NCBI GenBank assembly: GCA_963755915.1
Contig: CAVWLP010000002.1
Span: 800,001-864,000, forward strand
Source: an uncultured Phycisphaerales bacterium
GTDB taxonomy: Bacteria; Planctomycetota; Phycisphaerae; Tepidisphaerales; Tepidisphaeraceae
Length of the DNA stretch: 64,000 nt
Direction: 5' to 3'
A program made the position numbers and the translations under genes. Positions 32,169-42,138 of this stretch are shown here, one piece after another. The notes beneath the pieces were generated by a model. That model was given only the letters and a program-made list of their open reading frames with translations, was not told the origin of the DNA and ran no database searches. Each line of letters starts with the position of its first letter. Within the stretch, counting starts at the first letter, position 1.

Positions 32169-32895
32169 TTAGCGGTTAGCGTACATCAAATTACGCATTC
32201 CGATCCAGTTATGTGTTGAACAAGTAACCGGCGCTGAGGATGACTTCGCCGCAGAGGATGTAGAGGTAGGTGACGCCGGTGGTGGTTTGGAGGGGGTGGT
32301 AGAGCAAGTAGGCGTAAGTGGTGCAGGTGCAGAAGCCGAGGAGGGCGACGGGAAGGAGGTGGGCGGAGTGGTAATAGAGGGCGCGGGAGACGACGGGGAG
32401 GGGGAGGCGATAGCCGCGATAGGCGGCTTCCCAGGCGGTGAGGCGGGCGGCGATGCGGATGGTGAGGGATATCGAGACAAATACCAAGATGGGGAGGCCG
32501 ATGAGGAGCACCGGGCTTAGCCAGACGGGGTGGAGGACGGAATAGTCGAAGGCATGCCAATGGGCAAAAGCAGCGAAGCCGAGGAGCAATGCTGCGATGG
32601 CCCAGTGGATTTGTGCAAATCTATGTGCTGAAACGACTTGCCCACGGGAGGTTGTCCCTCGGAAGAAGCGGGTGGGGGTAAAGATGATTTGGGCGGTGGT
32701 GAGCAAAAAACGATGCCAAGCGGGGCGGGGATCGCCGATAACTTCCCATAGCGGTGGTCGGCGGATGAGATCTGAAACGCTTAGGTCGATTGCGCTGCCG
32801 CATTCCGGGCAATTTCCGGATGGGGGCAGGCCGTTGAGCATGTATCCGCAATTTTCGCAGAGGATGTCAGTTTCTTCTGGAGCGCGGGTGGCCAT
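32169..32895 (-). CDS. Membrane protein with N-terminal CxxC-CxxC zinc finger (indel near 32210)
   Basis: CENCGY..GL....CPECG then TM helices; removing one A gives the ending FNTYWIGMRNLMYANR*. Confidence 0.7.
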
Positions 32896-32933
32896 CTTAT
32901 ATGTGGTATAATAGGCGGGCGGAGAATCAGGCG

Positions 32934-33530
32934 ATGCATTTTTTGCGATTGAGGGCCATCTTTGTATTGAGCATGGCGGGGTTGCTGGGGTGCGCGAAGG
33001 CCCAGAGCGATTCGGGGCAGGCGCAAAATGTGCCGACGACCCAGCCGGCGGCGGTGGCGACGGCGGCAACGCCCCAGGCGCCGACGGGTTCGATGCTGAA
33101 GATCGGGGAGACGCAGCAGTGGTTTCCGCCGGCGCGGCTGCATCTGGAAACTTCCAAAGGCATCGTGGTCGCACGGCTTTATAGCGACGATCCGAAGGAC
33201 ACGCTTACGGGGAAAGAAGTCGTCAACTCCTACGATATGCGGATGGAGCTGCCGAGCATTTCGGATCCGTCGCAAATCACGCAGACGGTTTGGATCAATC
33301 ATTCGGATAGCATGGATCGGCAGGATAGTCCGTATGGGATTTTTCTGAACACGCAGGGGGAAGTGCTTCAGCCGATGGATGTGACGGCTTATTTCCAGCA
33401 GGTGGATGGGACGACAATTCGAGTGACGTTGAAGGGGACGTTTGCTGAGTTCAAGGCTGGGGACCAGATGCCGCACCCGGTGGCGCCGACGGTGATCGTG
33501 GCGGGGTTTTTGGATGCGACGGTGAATTGA
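32934..33530 (+). CDS. Putative lipoprotein
   Basis: MHFLRLRAIFVLSMAGLLG-C lipobox-like signal. Confidence 0.65.
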   Translation: MHFLRLRAIFVLSMAGLLGCAKAQSDSGQAQNVPTTQPAAVATAATPQAPTGSMLKIGETQQWFPPARLHLETSKGIVVARLYSDDPKDTLTGKEVVNSYDMRMELPSISDPSQITQTVWINHSDSMDRQDSPYGIFLNTQGEVLQPMDVTAYFQQVDGTTIRVTLKGTFAEFKAGDQMPHPVAPTVIVAGFLDATVN

Positions 33531-33590
33531 GGGGGAAGAACGGCCCGGGGACGGGCCGGCTCATTTTCGGGGCGAGCGTCTGTGGTGGGG

Positions 33591-35097
33591 TTAGGGGTTT
33601 TTAATTCTGCGATTGAACCGGCGTTGATGAAACCGCGGCTGAAGGTGGATCTCCAGCCGGGGAGATATTTTGTGGTGTCTTCCTGGACGCTGGGGCCTAT
33701 CAACCAAATCGTGTGGAATTTTTCGAGCTGGCGCTGGGCGGATTCGTCGGCGGGATTCTCCAGGAACATCACGGGTCGCTGCGAGCTCGGCGCGTAGTGG
33801 GCGATGTCGAGGTAGTAGATGGCGGCGGGACCCCAGAAGGAGCTGGGGTAGAAGACGAGGGGGTCGTGGGGGCCGGCCATGTGGTCGAGGGTTTGGGCCA
33901 TGCCGCGCCAGTCGCCGTTGTCTTCGGGGGGGCTGGCCTCGAGGCGCTCGATGCCGGCGACGGCGACGCTGATGAGAATCATGCAGGGGAGGGTCCATCG
34001 CCACCACTTGGCTGTTGGCAAGGGCGTGGCGCAGAGGGCAAAGACGCCGACGGAGGCGAGGGAGGTGTATTTGTCGAAGGCGAGGAGGCGGGCGTGATTG
34101 AATAAATCGTAGATGGCGAGCTGGCCGATCAGGGCGACGACCCAGAGCCACCAAAAGAGGAGGGTTTTTGAGCGGCGGATGAGCAGGAGAGGGAGAAGGT
34201 AGACGATGACGCAGGGGGCGAGCCATTCCAATTGGTTGGTCGTGGGGCCGAAGAGATCATCTGCCGGACGGGCGGCGGCGCGAATGAAGGGCGTGAGTGG
34301 AGAGCCGGCGGGTTCGAGAGACCAGTCCTGCTGGCGGAAGAATTCGCGGTGCTGCTGCCAGAGGAAGGGGGTCCAGCAAATTAGAAAGAGGGCGGTGCAG
34401 ATTGCGAAAACGGCGATGACGCGGTTGCGGACATCTGCGCCAGGCGGATCATCGCGTAAGCGAAGATGGCGACCAGGGCGCCGAGGGAGAAATAGTGGGT
34501 GAGGGCGGTGGCGAGGACGCCGACGCCGAGGGCGGTTAATCGGGCGGGGGATGTGCCGCGGCGCTCGATGCGGAGGAGCGCATCGGCGGCGAGCAGGGCG
34601 ACGAGGGACAGGAATGTGTAGGGGCGGGATTGCTGGGCCAGGTCGATCTGCATGGGGGAGAGGGCCATTATCGCCGCGGCGATGAACGCCGTGGAGAAGC
34701 CGGCGGTGAAGCGGAGGATGTCGAAGAGGACGAGGATGGCGGCGAGGGAGGCGAAGACGGAAAACGATCGCGTGGAGAAATCAGCCGGGCCGAAGAAGTC
34801 CATCCACCAGCGGAGGAAGATGAGGTAGAGAGGCGGGTGGACGATACTGCGGAGGCCGGTCCAGATGTGGGGCCAGGAGGGTGCGCCTTCGAGGAGGGTT
34901 TGGGGCGGGGGATCAAATAACACGCCGTGGGGGAGATCGAAAATCGCGGTGCCGCGGCCGGTGGCGAGATGGACCGAGGACCAGTATTCGTCCGGCCAGA
35001 GGCCGACTTTTGTCAGATCGTAAAAGCGCACGGCGCCGGCCACGGCGAGGAGGATCAGCAGCAGGAGTAGCTGGAGAATGTTTTTGCGGGAGATCAC
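33591..35097 (-). CDS. GT-C (PMT/GT39-like) glycosyltransferase; frameshift near 34440, 3' end uncertain
   Basis: LWPDEYWS, HPPLY, RSFSV, SRPY, LTHYF; GTG start overlaps the stop of the upstream paralog. Confidence 0.8.
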
Positions 35098-36695
35098 TTT
35101 GTTTGCGTGGAGGATGGGGGTTTGACGAGCCAGATGAAGTTTCTTTCGCCCACGCCGCGCACGACAGCGATGTGCCAGCCGGGGAGGAGGCGATGGGTTT
35201 CGAACGTGGCGGAGTGGCCGATCATCCAGACATTGGGAACGGCGGCGAGTTGGGATTTGATTTGATTGCCGGGCGGTCCGATGAGAAAAATCACCGGGCG
35301 TTTCCACGGGCCGATGTAGTGGGAGATGACAAAATAATCGAAGGCGGGCTCGTTGGGGTAGTAGCCGATGATGGCGACGAGGTCGCGGGGGCCGGCCATC
35401 TGGTCGAGATCCTGGGCGACAGTTTTCCAGGGCTCGGCGGGGTCGGGTCCGGATTGCATTCGCGAGAAGCCATAGACGGCGGAGCAGAGGAGGAGCACGG
35501 CGGCGGTGATGACGCCTAGGCGCGAGGGGAGGGCGGTGGCGAGGATCGCGTAGACGGCTGGTGAGGCGAGGTAAACATAGCGGAGGACGCCGACCATCGT
35601 TGTGCGATGGATGAGATCGACGGCGACGACGACGCCGATGGTGCAGATGGTCCAGAGCCACCAGAGGAGGAGCTGGGGAAGGCGATCGCCTGGTTTGGGG
35701 TCGGGCAGAGAAGACCCCCACCCTCCCCCGGAGTACCAGGGGAGGGGAATTAGCGGAAAGAAATAAACCAGCAGCGCGAGGGGAGCGGCGGTGAACCAGG
35801 GCCAGGGGGTGGACGGGTCGAGAAGGAAGCGGATGGGGATGCGGATGAGGGCGCGGAGGGTAAGGGTGAAGCCGGCACCGGTTTCGCGCCAGAAGTTTTC
35901 GTAGGCGCCGTAGAGATGGCGGGTGGACCAGAAGACGGGACCCCAGGTGATAGCGACGAAAAGGATGGCGCCGAGCATTGCGGCAAGGGTGCGGCGGCGC
36001 GCTCGGCCGCGCGTGCGAATAGCGATGTAGATGCCGGCAGAGACGATCGCGCCGGCAGTGTAGTAGTGCGTGAGGGCCAGCGCGGCGGTTGAGAGGGCAA
36101 GCAGCGTCAATCGTGGGATCGTTACGCCGGTGAGGTCGATCGCGATGACGCAATCGAGCAGCACGCAGCCAAGGAAGACCAGCATCGTGTAGGGGCGGGT
36201 GGATTGGGAGAATTCGATTCCGGCAGGAGCGAGGGCCGAGATGGCGGCGGCGATGAGGGCGCGCCACGGACCGGCACAGCGGCGGACGGCGTCGAAGAGG
36301 ATGGGGACGGCCGCGAGGCCGAAGCACCAGGAGAGGCAGCGCGTGGAGAAATCTGATTCGCCGAAGAGATCGACCCAGGCGCGAAGGACGAGGTGATAGA
36401 GAGGCGGATGGGTGGTGCTGTCGAGGCCCGTCCAGATGTGCCACCAGGGGGGTGCGTTTTCGTAACCGACATTTGGGGGCGAGAAGATGATCTGCCCGTA
36501 GGGAAGGTCGAAGGCCAGGTCGCCGCGGCCGGTGGCGAGGTAGAGGGCCCAGTATTCGTCGAGGGTGAGGCTTTCGCGGTCGATGCGGTCGAGGCGGAAC
36601 CAGCCGCTGAGGGCCAGAAGAGCGCCGAGGAGTGCAATATGAAACCGGCGCAACCGTGGTACACCCGCGTGATTTGCGGGGAGCGAAGTCATCAT
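35094..36695 (-). CDS. GT-C (PMT/GT39-like) glycosyltransferase
   Basis: LTLDEYWA, HPPLY, TRPY, LTHYY; ATGA overlap with the sdhA stop. Confidence 0.85.
   Translation of the reverse strand: MMTSLPANHAGVPRLRRFHIALLGALLALSGWFRLDRIDRESLTLDEYWALYLATGRGDLAFDLPYGQIIFSPPNVGYENAPPWWHIWTGLDSTTHPPLYHLVLRAWVDLFGESDFSTRCLSWCFGLAAVPILFDAVRRCAGPWRALIAAAISALAPAGIEFSQSTRPYTMLVFLGCVLLDCVIAIDLTGVTIPRLTLLALSTAALALTHYYTAGAIVSAGIYIAIRTRGRARRRTLAAMLGAILFVAITWGPVFWSTRHLYGAYENFWRETGAGFTLTLRALIRIPIRFLLDPSTPWPWFTAAPLALLVYFFPLIPLPWYSGGGWGSSLPDPKPGDRLPQLLLWWLWTICTIGVVVAVDLIHRTTMVGVLRYVYLASPAVYAILATALPSRLGVITAAVLLLCSAVYGFSRMQSGPDPAEPWKTVAQDLDQMAGPRDLVAIIGYYPNEPAFDYFVISHYIGPWKRPVIFLIGPPGNQIKSQLAAVPNVWMIGHSATFETHRLLPGWHIAVVRGVGERNFIWLVKPPSSTQTK
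35714..35749. repeat. REP-like palindrome inside the glycosyltransferase CDS
   Basis: ACCCTCCCCCGGAGTACCAGGGGAGGGG, translated as IPLPWYSGGGWG. Confidence 0.85.
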
Positions 36696-38591
36696 GCCAT
36701 GGCTTTTTCGGTCCGCACGGCGGCCGGTGGCGGGGGATCGGATTTTTTGCCGTATTCGCGGGCGCGCGGGGGGATGAGGCTGATGTCGATCGGGGCGTAG
36801 CTGATGCACGGCGTGCCCGTGGTGGGGTCGAAGCGGGCGATCGTCGCCTTGAGGAAATCCTCGTCGTTGCGGTGGGGATAGGCGGGCTTAAAGTGGGCGC
36901 CGCGCGATTCGTTGCGCTGGAGGGCGCCCTGGAGGATGGCCTCGGCGAGGATGATCATGTCGCCGGTGGCGCGGGCGAAGCTGAGATTCTGGTTGGTCCA
37001 CATGCCGGTGTCGGAGAGCTTGACTTTCCTGATAGCGGTCTTTCCACTCGCTGGCATTGTTCCAGGGTCTGCTGGAGGCGTTCGTTGTGGCGGATGACGG
37101 TGCAGTTGTCGGTCATCCAGCGGCCCATTTCCTGCCAGAGGAGATAGGGATTCTCGTCGCCGCGGTTGTTCACGAGCCAGTTTTGGCGGTCGGTTTCCTG
37201 TTTGACGGCGGCGTTGAAGACGGATTGCGGCAGCGTCGCCGCGGCGGGCGATGTCGCGTGCAATAGTTTTTGACGCATGCGCCCGCCGAAGAGGCCGTCG
37301 AAGATGCAGCTTAGAAGCGAATTGGCGCCGAGGCGATTGGCGCCGTGATAGGCGAAGTTGACTTCGCCCATGGCGTAGAGGCCGGGGAGGTTGGTCATCA
37401 TGTTGGCGGGGTCGCCGAACTTGAGGCCGCCGGTTTTTTCGTCTTTCTTGAAGCCGGTCCAGAGTCCGCCCATGGAATAGTGGACGGCGGGGAAGATTTT
37501 CATCGGCTCATCGAGGGGATCGGTGCCGACGAATTTTTCGTAGATTTCGAGAATGCCTTCGAGTTTTTCGAGGACGCGCCTGGCGGCCGATTTTTTTGAC
37601 GGTGTCGGCCAAATCCAGATAGACCATGTTTTCGCCACCGATGCCGAGCTTCAATTCGGTGCAGACCTGGAAGATTTCGCGGGTGGCGATGTCGCGGGGG
37701 ACGAGGTTGCCGTATTTGGGGTAGCGTTCTTCGAGGAAATAGAACCGTTCTGATTCGGGGATGGAATTGGGCGGGCGGGTGTCGCCGGGGCGTTTGGGGA
37801 CCCAGACGCGGCCACCTTCGCCGCGGGCGGATTCGCTGATGAGGCGGCACTTGTCTTCGCCGGGGATGGCGGTGGGATGGACCTGGATGAACTCGGGGTT
37901 GCCGTAGTTCGCGCCGGCCTGGTAGCAGCGTGAAGCGGCGCCGCCGGTGCAGATGACGGACATGGTCGATCTTGCCGAAGATCAGCCCGCAGCCGCCGGT
38001 GGCCATGACGACGGCATCGGCGCGGAAGGCGTGGATCTGCATCGTGCGCATGTCCTGGGCGACGATGCCGACGCATTGCCCGTCGTGGACGATGGGCGAC
38101 AGGAACTCCCAGAACTCAAATTTATGTACCAGCCCGTCGGCTTCGTATCGGCGGGTTTGTTCGTCGAGGGCGTAGAGCAACTGCTGGCCGGTGGTGGCGC
38201 CGGCGAAGAAGGTTCGCTTGATGAGCGAGCCGCCGAAGAGGCGGAGCTCGCGCTGGCCTTCGGGGGTGCGGTTGAAGGGGACGCCCATGCGGTCGAGCAG
38301 GTCGATGATGCGCGGGGCCCAGTTGCACATTTCCAGGACGGGCGGCTGATCGGCGAGGAAATCGCCGCCCAGAACGGTTTCATCGAAGTGAATCCACTCG
38401 CTGTAGCCCTGCTGGCGGGCGATGTCGTTGCAGGCGTTGATTCCGCCCTGGGCGCAGACGCTGTGGCTGCGCTTGACGGGAACCATGGAGAAGAGATCGA
38501 CGTTGAACCCGTCCTCGGCGAGCTTGACGGTGCACGCGAGGCACGCGAGGCCGCCGCCGATCACGATCACTCTTTTCGCCGCCGCGGGCAT
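36692..38591 (-). CDS. sdhA: Succinate dehydrogenase flavoprotein subunit (about 4 frameshifts)
   Basis: IGGGLA, RSHSVCAQGGIN, FIQVHPT, SESARGEGG, VHYSMGG, HGANRLGANSL, RNESRGAH. Confidence 0.93.
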
Positions 38592-38595
38592 GTGA

Positions 38596-39081
38596 TCATT
38601 CCTTCCAGAGTTTACCGAGCTTGTCGCGTTTTCTGCGGATAAAGCCGACGTGATGGTCGACGTGCTCGACCATCCATTGAAGGCTCTGGCCGAGCGTGAT
38701 GGGTCCGCGCTCGCTGTGCTGGCCAGTTCGCGAGAAGGCTGACTCCGGCAGCTTTCGCAGGGCGCGGGTGAACTGGCGGCGGTTGAGATCGAAAAGCTGG
38801 AGAGCGCTTTGGGCATCGCGCTCGTCGTTGAGCAATCGCTGGGCAAACTTGCCTTCGTCGTAGCCGAGGATTCTGGGATTTTCCTCGGCGATGATCGATT
38901 TCATGCGGGCGCACCAGATGAGATCGGAATCGAGCATGTGCATGACGATCTGCTGGATCGACCAGAGGCCGAGGGTGGGGTCCGTCGGTTTCCAGATCAT
39001 ATCCTCGCGCGAAAGGCCGGAGACGGCTCCCTTGAGCTTCTCGCCACCGGCTTCGTAATGGTCGATTACCGCGGAAAACAT
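38596..39081 (-). CDS. DinB/YfiT-family protein
   Basis: WSIQQIVMH..DSD, GQHSERG, HVDHH. Confidence 0.88.
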   Translation of the reverse strand: MFSAVIDHYEAGGEKLKGAVSGLSREDMIWKPTDPTLGLWSIQQIVMHMLDSDLIWCARMKSIIAEENPRILGYDEGKFAQRLLNDERDAQSALQLFDLNRRQFTRALRKLPESAFSRTGQHSERGPITLGQSLQWMVEHVDHHVGFIRRKRDKLGKLWKE

Positions 39082-39088
39082 TGGCTCC

Positions 39089-39604
39089 TCAACTGGCAGA
39101 TTTCTCCCCAGATTTCTCCATTGCCATCGGCATGCCGAGCCGGTCGCGCTTCATGGAGATGTAGAGAATATGGTGGTCCAGGTGCTCGTTGGTCCAGACG
39201 ATGCTTTGGCCGAGGTTGATCAGGCCCAGGTCGTTGTGGCGGCCGGTCCGGGCGAAGGCTTCCTCCGGAAGCTTGCGAAACAACGGGGCGAGGTGCCGAC
39301 GATTCAGATCCAGAATCTGGGCGGCGAGCTGCGGGTCCTGCTGATCGTAAAAGAGTTTGGTGGCGAATTTGCTTTCGTCGAAGCCGACGATTTCGGGATT
39401 ATCCTCAGCCAGCATCAGCTTCATGCGCGAGGACCAGATCAGCTCGTCATCCATCAGATGCAGGACGACCTGCTGGATCGACCATCGCCCGATGCCCGCA
39501 CCCGGGGCGGGAACCCAGAGGAATTCCTTGGGGGTAAGGCTGCGAATAGCCGCCTTGAGCTTTTCGCCACCGGTTTCGAAATCGTCGATGACCTTGCGAT
39601 CCAT
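39089..39604 (-). CDS. DinB/YfiT-family protein (tandem paralog)
   Basis: WSIQQVVLH..DDE, GRHNDLG, HLDHH. Confidence 0.88.
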   Translation of the reverse strand: MDRKVIDDFETGGEKLKAAIRSLTPKEFLWVPAPGAGIGRWSIQQVVLHLMDDELIWSSRMKLMLAEDNPEIVGFDESKFATKLFYDQQDPQLAAQILDLNRRHLAPLFRKLPEEAFARTGRHNDLGLINLGQSIVWTNEHLDHHILYISMKRDRLGMPMAMEKSGEKSAS

Positions 39605-39616
39605 ACTTCTAATATA

Positions 39617-40010
39617 TTAGTGAATCAGGATGGCCTTGTCGTGAATCGCCGCCCCCAGGGCCAGAAAACCGCACAAAAGCGTGAAAAAAAACAGGCCCGT
39701 GCAGACATATCCCCAGCGGCGCTGGGAGCCGGAGCTGATGGTCAGGCCCCAGGTGATGGCGGCGGTGAAGAATCCGTTGGCCAGGTGAAAGCAGGAGGCG
39801 AGGATGCCGATCGGATAGACCAAGTAGGCGACCCAGACGCTGGAATTGATGTGGCGGACGGTGCTTCGGGTGGCATCCGCCGGGACGAATTCCAGGTTGC
39901 CGCCCCAAAGGCCTTTCATGCCCAGCACGTGAAAGGCGAGGAAGAGGACGATGATGACGGCGCTGATCCGCTGGATGAGATAGAGATAATTCTTGGCGTA
40001 GGGATAGGCA
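39617..40010 (-). pseudogene. sdhC: C-terminal half of succinate dehydrogenase cytochrome b558; 5' half missing
   Basis: YPYAKNYLYLIQRISA..FLAFHV, CFHLANG..TWG; the sequence upstream of about 40010 is unrelated. Confidence 0.85.
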
Positions 40011-41815
40011 ACAATTCCATCATGCAAGTTGCCGCGACGGATTTGCGTGATCATCGCGCCCGCTGCGCGAGCGACCCTGAAGGTTTCCAACTGCTGATCG
40101 ACGACACACGTGCGAAAGACGAGATTGTCGCACTGGGACTTGGACCGCTTATCGACCTGCTCGAATCTCGCCACGCGGCCCTGAAGGGCCTTGATAATGC
40201 GGCCAAGCGAATCGTTTTCCAGTCAATGGCACGTGAGGCAATCTCTAAAAGCCCAGCCCTGGCGAATTTCTCCGGCGACCGTCACGAGTCTTCGCGCAAA
40301 GAATTTCGCGAACTTGATCACAAACTCAAGCGATTGCGACAGAGCGCGATCGCGGCAACTCTAGCCAAGCGAGGTGTTGATTCTGGCTCCAACGTAGGTT
40401 CCCGTCGCCAGTGGACGGGTCTATCGCTGATCCAGAACGAGGCAATTAAGCAGAAAGGACACGTTTCCGTCCGCGACCTGATGGACCGTGCTGGTAAAGC
40501 CATTCAGCAACTGATGCCGTGTTATATGATGAGTCCACTTTCCGTTGCCCAATTTCTCAAGCCGGGAAAGCTTCAGTTTGACCTATTAGTCATTGACGAA
40601 GCATCACAGGTTCGACCAGAGGATGCCGTCGGTGCAATAGCGCGATGCAAGCAAATTGTAGTGGTTGGTGACCCGAAGCAATTACCGCCAACTAACTTCT
40701 TTAGAGAATCGAACTCGGTCACTGATGATGAAGAGACGGAATCCGCAGCAGACGAGCAGTCAATTCTGGACCAAGCGTTGGCGATCATGCGACCGGCGAG
40801 ACGACTAAAATGGCACTACCGCTCGCGACATTCATCACTCATCGCATTCTCGAACAAGGAGTTCTACGACAGCCAGCTAATTGTGTTTCCGTCACCTTAC
40901 GATGAGCACAACGATTTTGGAGTAAGTTACGAATATGTTCCTAAGGGCGTCTTACAAAACAGAATAAACGTGCCGGAAGCACAAGCCGTTGCCAGAGCGG
41001 CGATCGAATATGTCGCGCGCCACCCCGAACGAAGTCTTGGAATCGTGACGCTAAATCAGCCACAGGCGGAGTTACTCGCCCTGGAGATTGACCAACTTGC
41101 GACCGAGCACGAAGAGTTCGAGGTGTGGCGTCAAAGGCAGGAACAGACGCTCGAACGATTTTTCGTGAAGAATCTAGAAAACGTGCAAGGAGATGAGCGA
41201 GACGCGATCTTTATTTCCACCGTCTATGGACCGCACGAGGTTGGGAAACGAGAATTTCCTCAGCACTTCGGGCCGATCAACAATCCGGGGGGACACCGAA
41301 GGCTCAATGTTCTTTTCACTCGAGCCAAATACCAAACCGTAGTGTTTTCCAGCATGAATCCCGCTGATATGCGGACCGACGAGACCTCGCCTTGGGGTGT
41401 TCGCGCGTTAAAGGGCTATTTGAAATTTGCCAAGGACGGCGTTCTCGATTTGCCGTCAGAGACGGGTCGCGAACCTGACAGTGATTTCGAAGTTTCCGTG
41501 ATTAACACGCTTAAAAACGCCGGATATGAGGTTGTCCCACAAGTCGGTGTAGTGGGATATTTCATCGACTTGGCCGTGCGCCACCCGCAAAGGCGAGGCG
41601 AATTCGCACTGGGGATTGAATGCGATGGAGCGAGTTATCATTCAAGTAAGAGCGCTCGTGATCGAGACCGATTGCGTCAAGAGATTTTGGAGCGATTGAA
41701 ATGGCGGATACACCGTATCTGGTCGCTTGACTGGTATCGCAACTCAAAACGTGAGACCGAGCGCCTCATGACCGCCGTCGCCACTGCGATCGCGTCAACG
41801 GCGGAAAGAGCCTAG
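40011..41815 (+). pseudogene. C-terminal part of an SF1 (UPF1/DNA2-like) helicase with C-terminal restriction-like nuclease domain (DUF4011/DUF3320-type); 5' part missing
   Basis: MMSPLSVAQFL, VIDEASQ, VGDPKQLPPT, WHYRS, ENVQGDERD, RRLNVLFTRA, GIECDGASYH..ARDRD; no Walker A; lower GC. Confidence 0.85.
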
Positions 41816-41904
41816 ACCGCTCAAAGGGCACGGCCTAAGACGCCTCGCAATTAGTCTTACGCCAAGCCGAACTCCTCTTCACCGAAAACCAGTCCGAGCA
41901 GTTT

Positions 41905-42110
41905 TGATATCATTGATATCATTGATATTACAAAAAACCGTACCCCATCCCACCCAAACCACCCAAACCACCCAAACCACCCAGTTTATTGCGGACTGTA
42001 ACATTTTGTACTGATACTCCCCGGGGCGCAGTTCGCTTTCACCTTCACACATTCAAACCTTCACACCCCCACTCTTGCACACCTTCGCACTTTCACACTT
42101 TTCACACCTC
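41905..42110. repeat. Patch of short tandem repeats
   Basis: TGATATCAT about x3, ACCCAAACC x3.5, and degenerate TTCACAC runs. Confidence 0.7.
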
Positions 42111-42138
42111 CGCGTTTCCGCTACAAAGCCCCCCTCTC

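Noticed and set aside
34381-36444. 687-aa ORF
   Set aside because: The N-terminal ~450 aa are an Arg/Pro-rich alternative frame of the upstream glycosyltransferase; real coding starts at GTG 35097.
7795-38591. Programmed ribosomal frameshifting in housekeeping genes
   Set aside because: Too many unrelated genes, mixed directions, and no shared slippery motif; sequencing error is more parsimonious.
39170-41815. 881-aa ORF as a single gene
   Set aside because: The first ~280 codons are the antisense of the DinB and sdhC genes; only the part after ~40010 is helicase-like.
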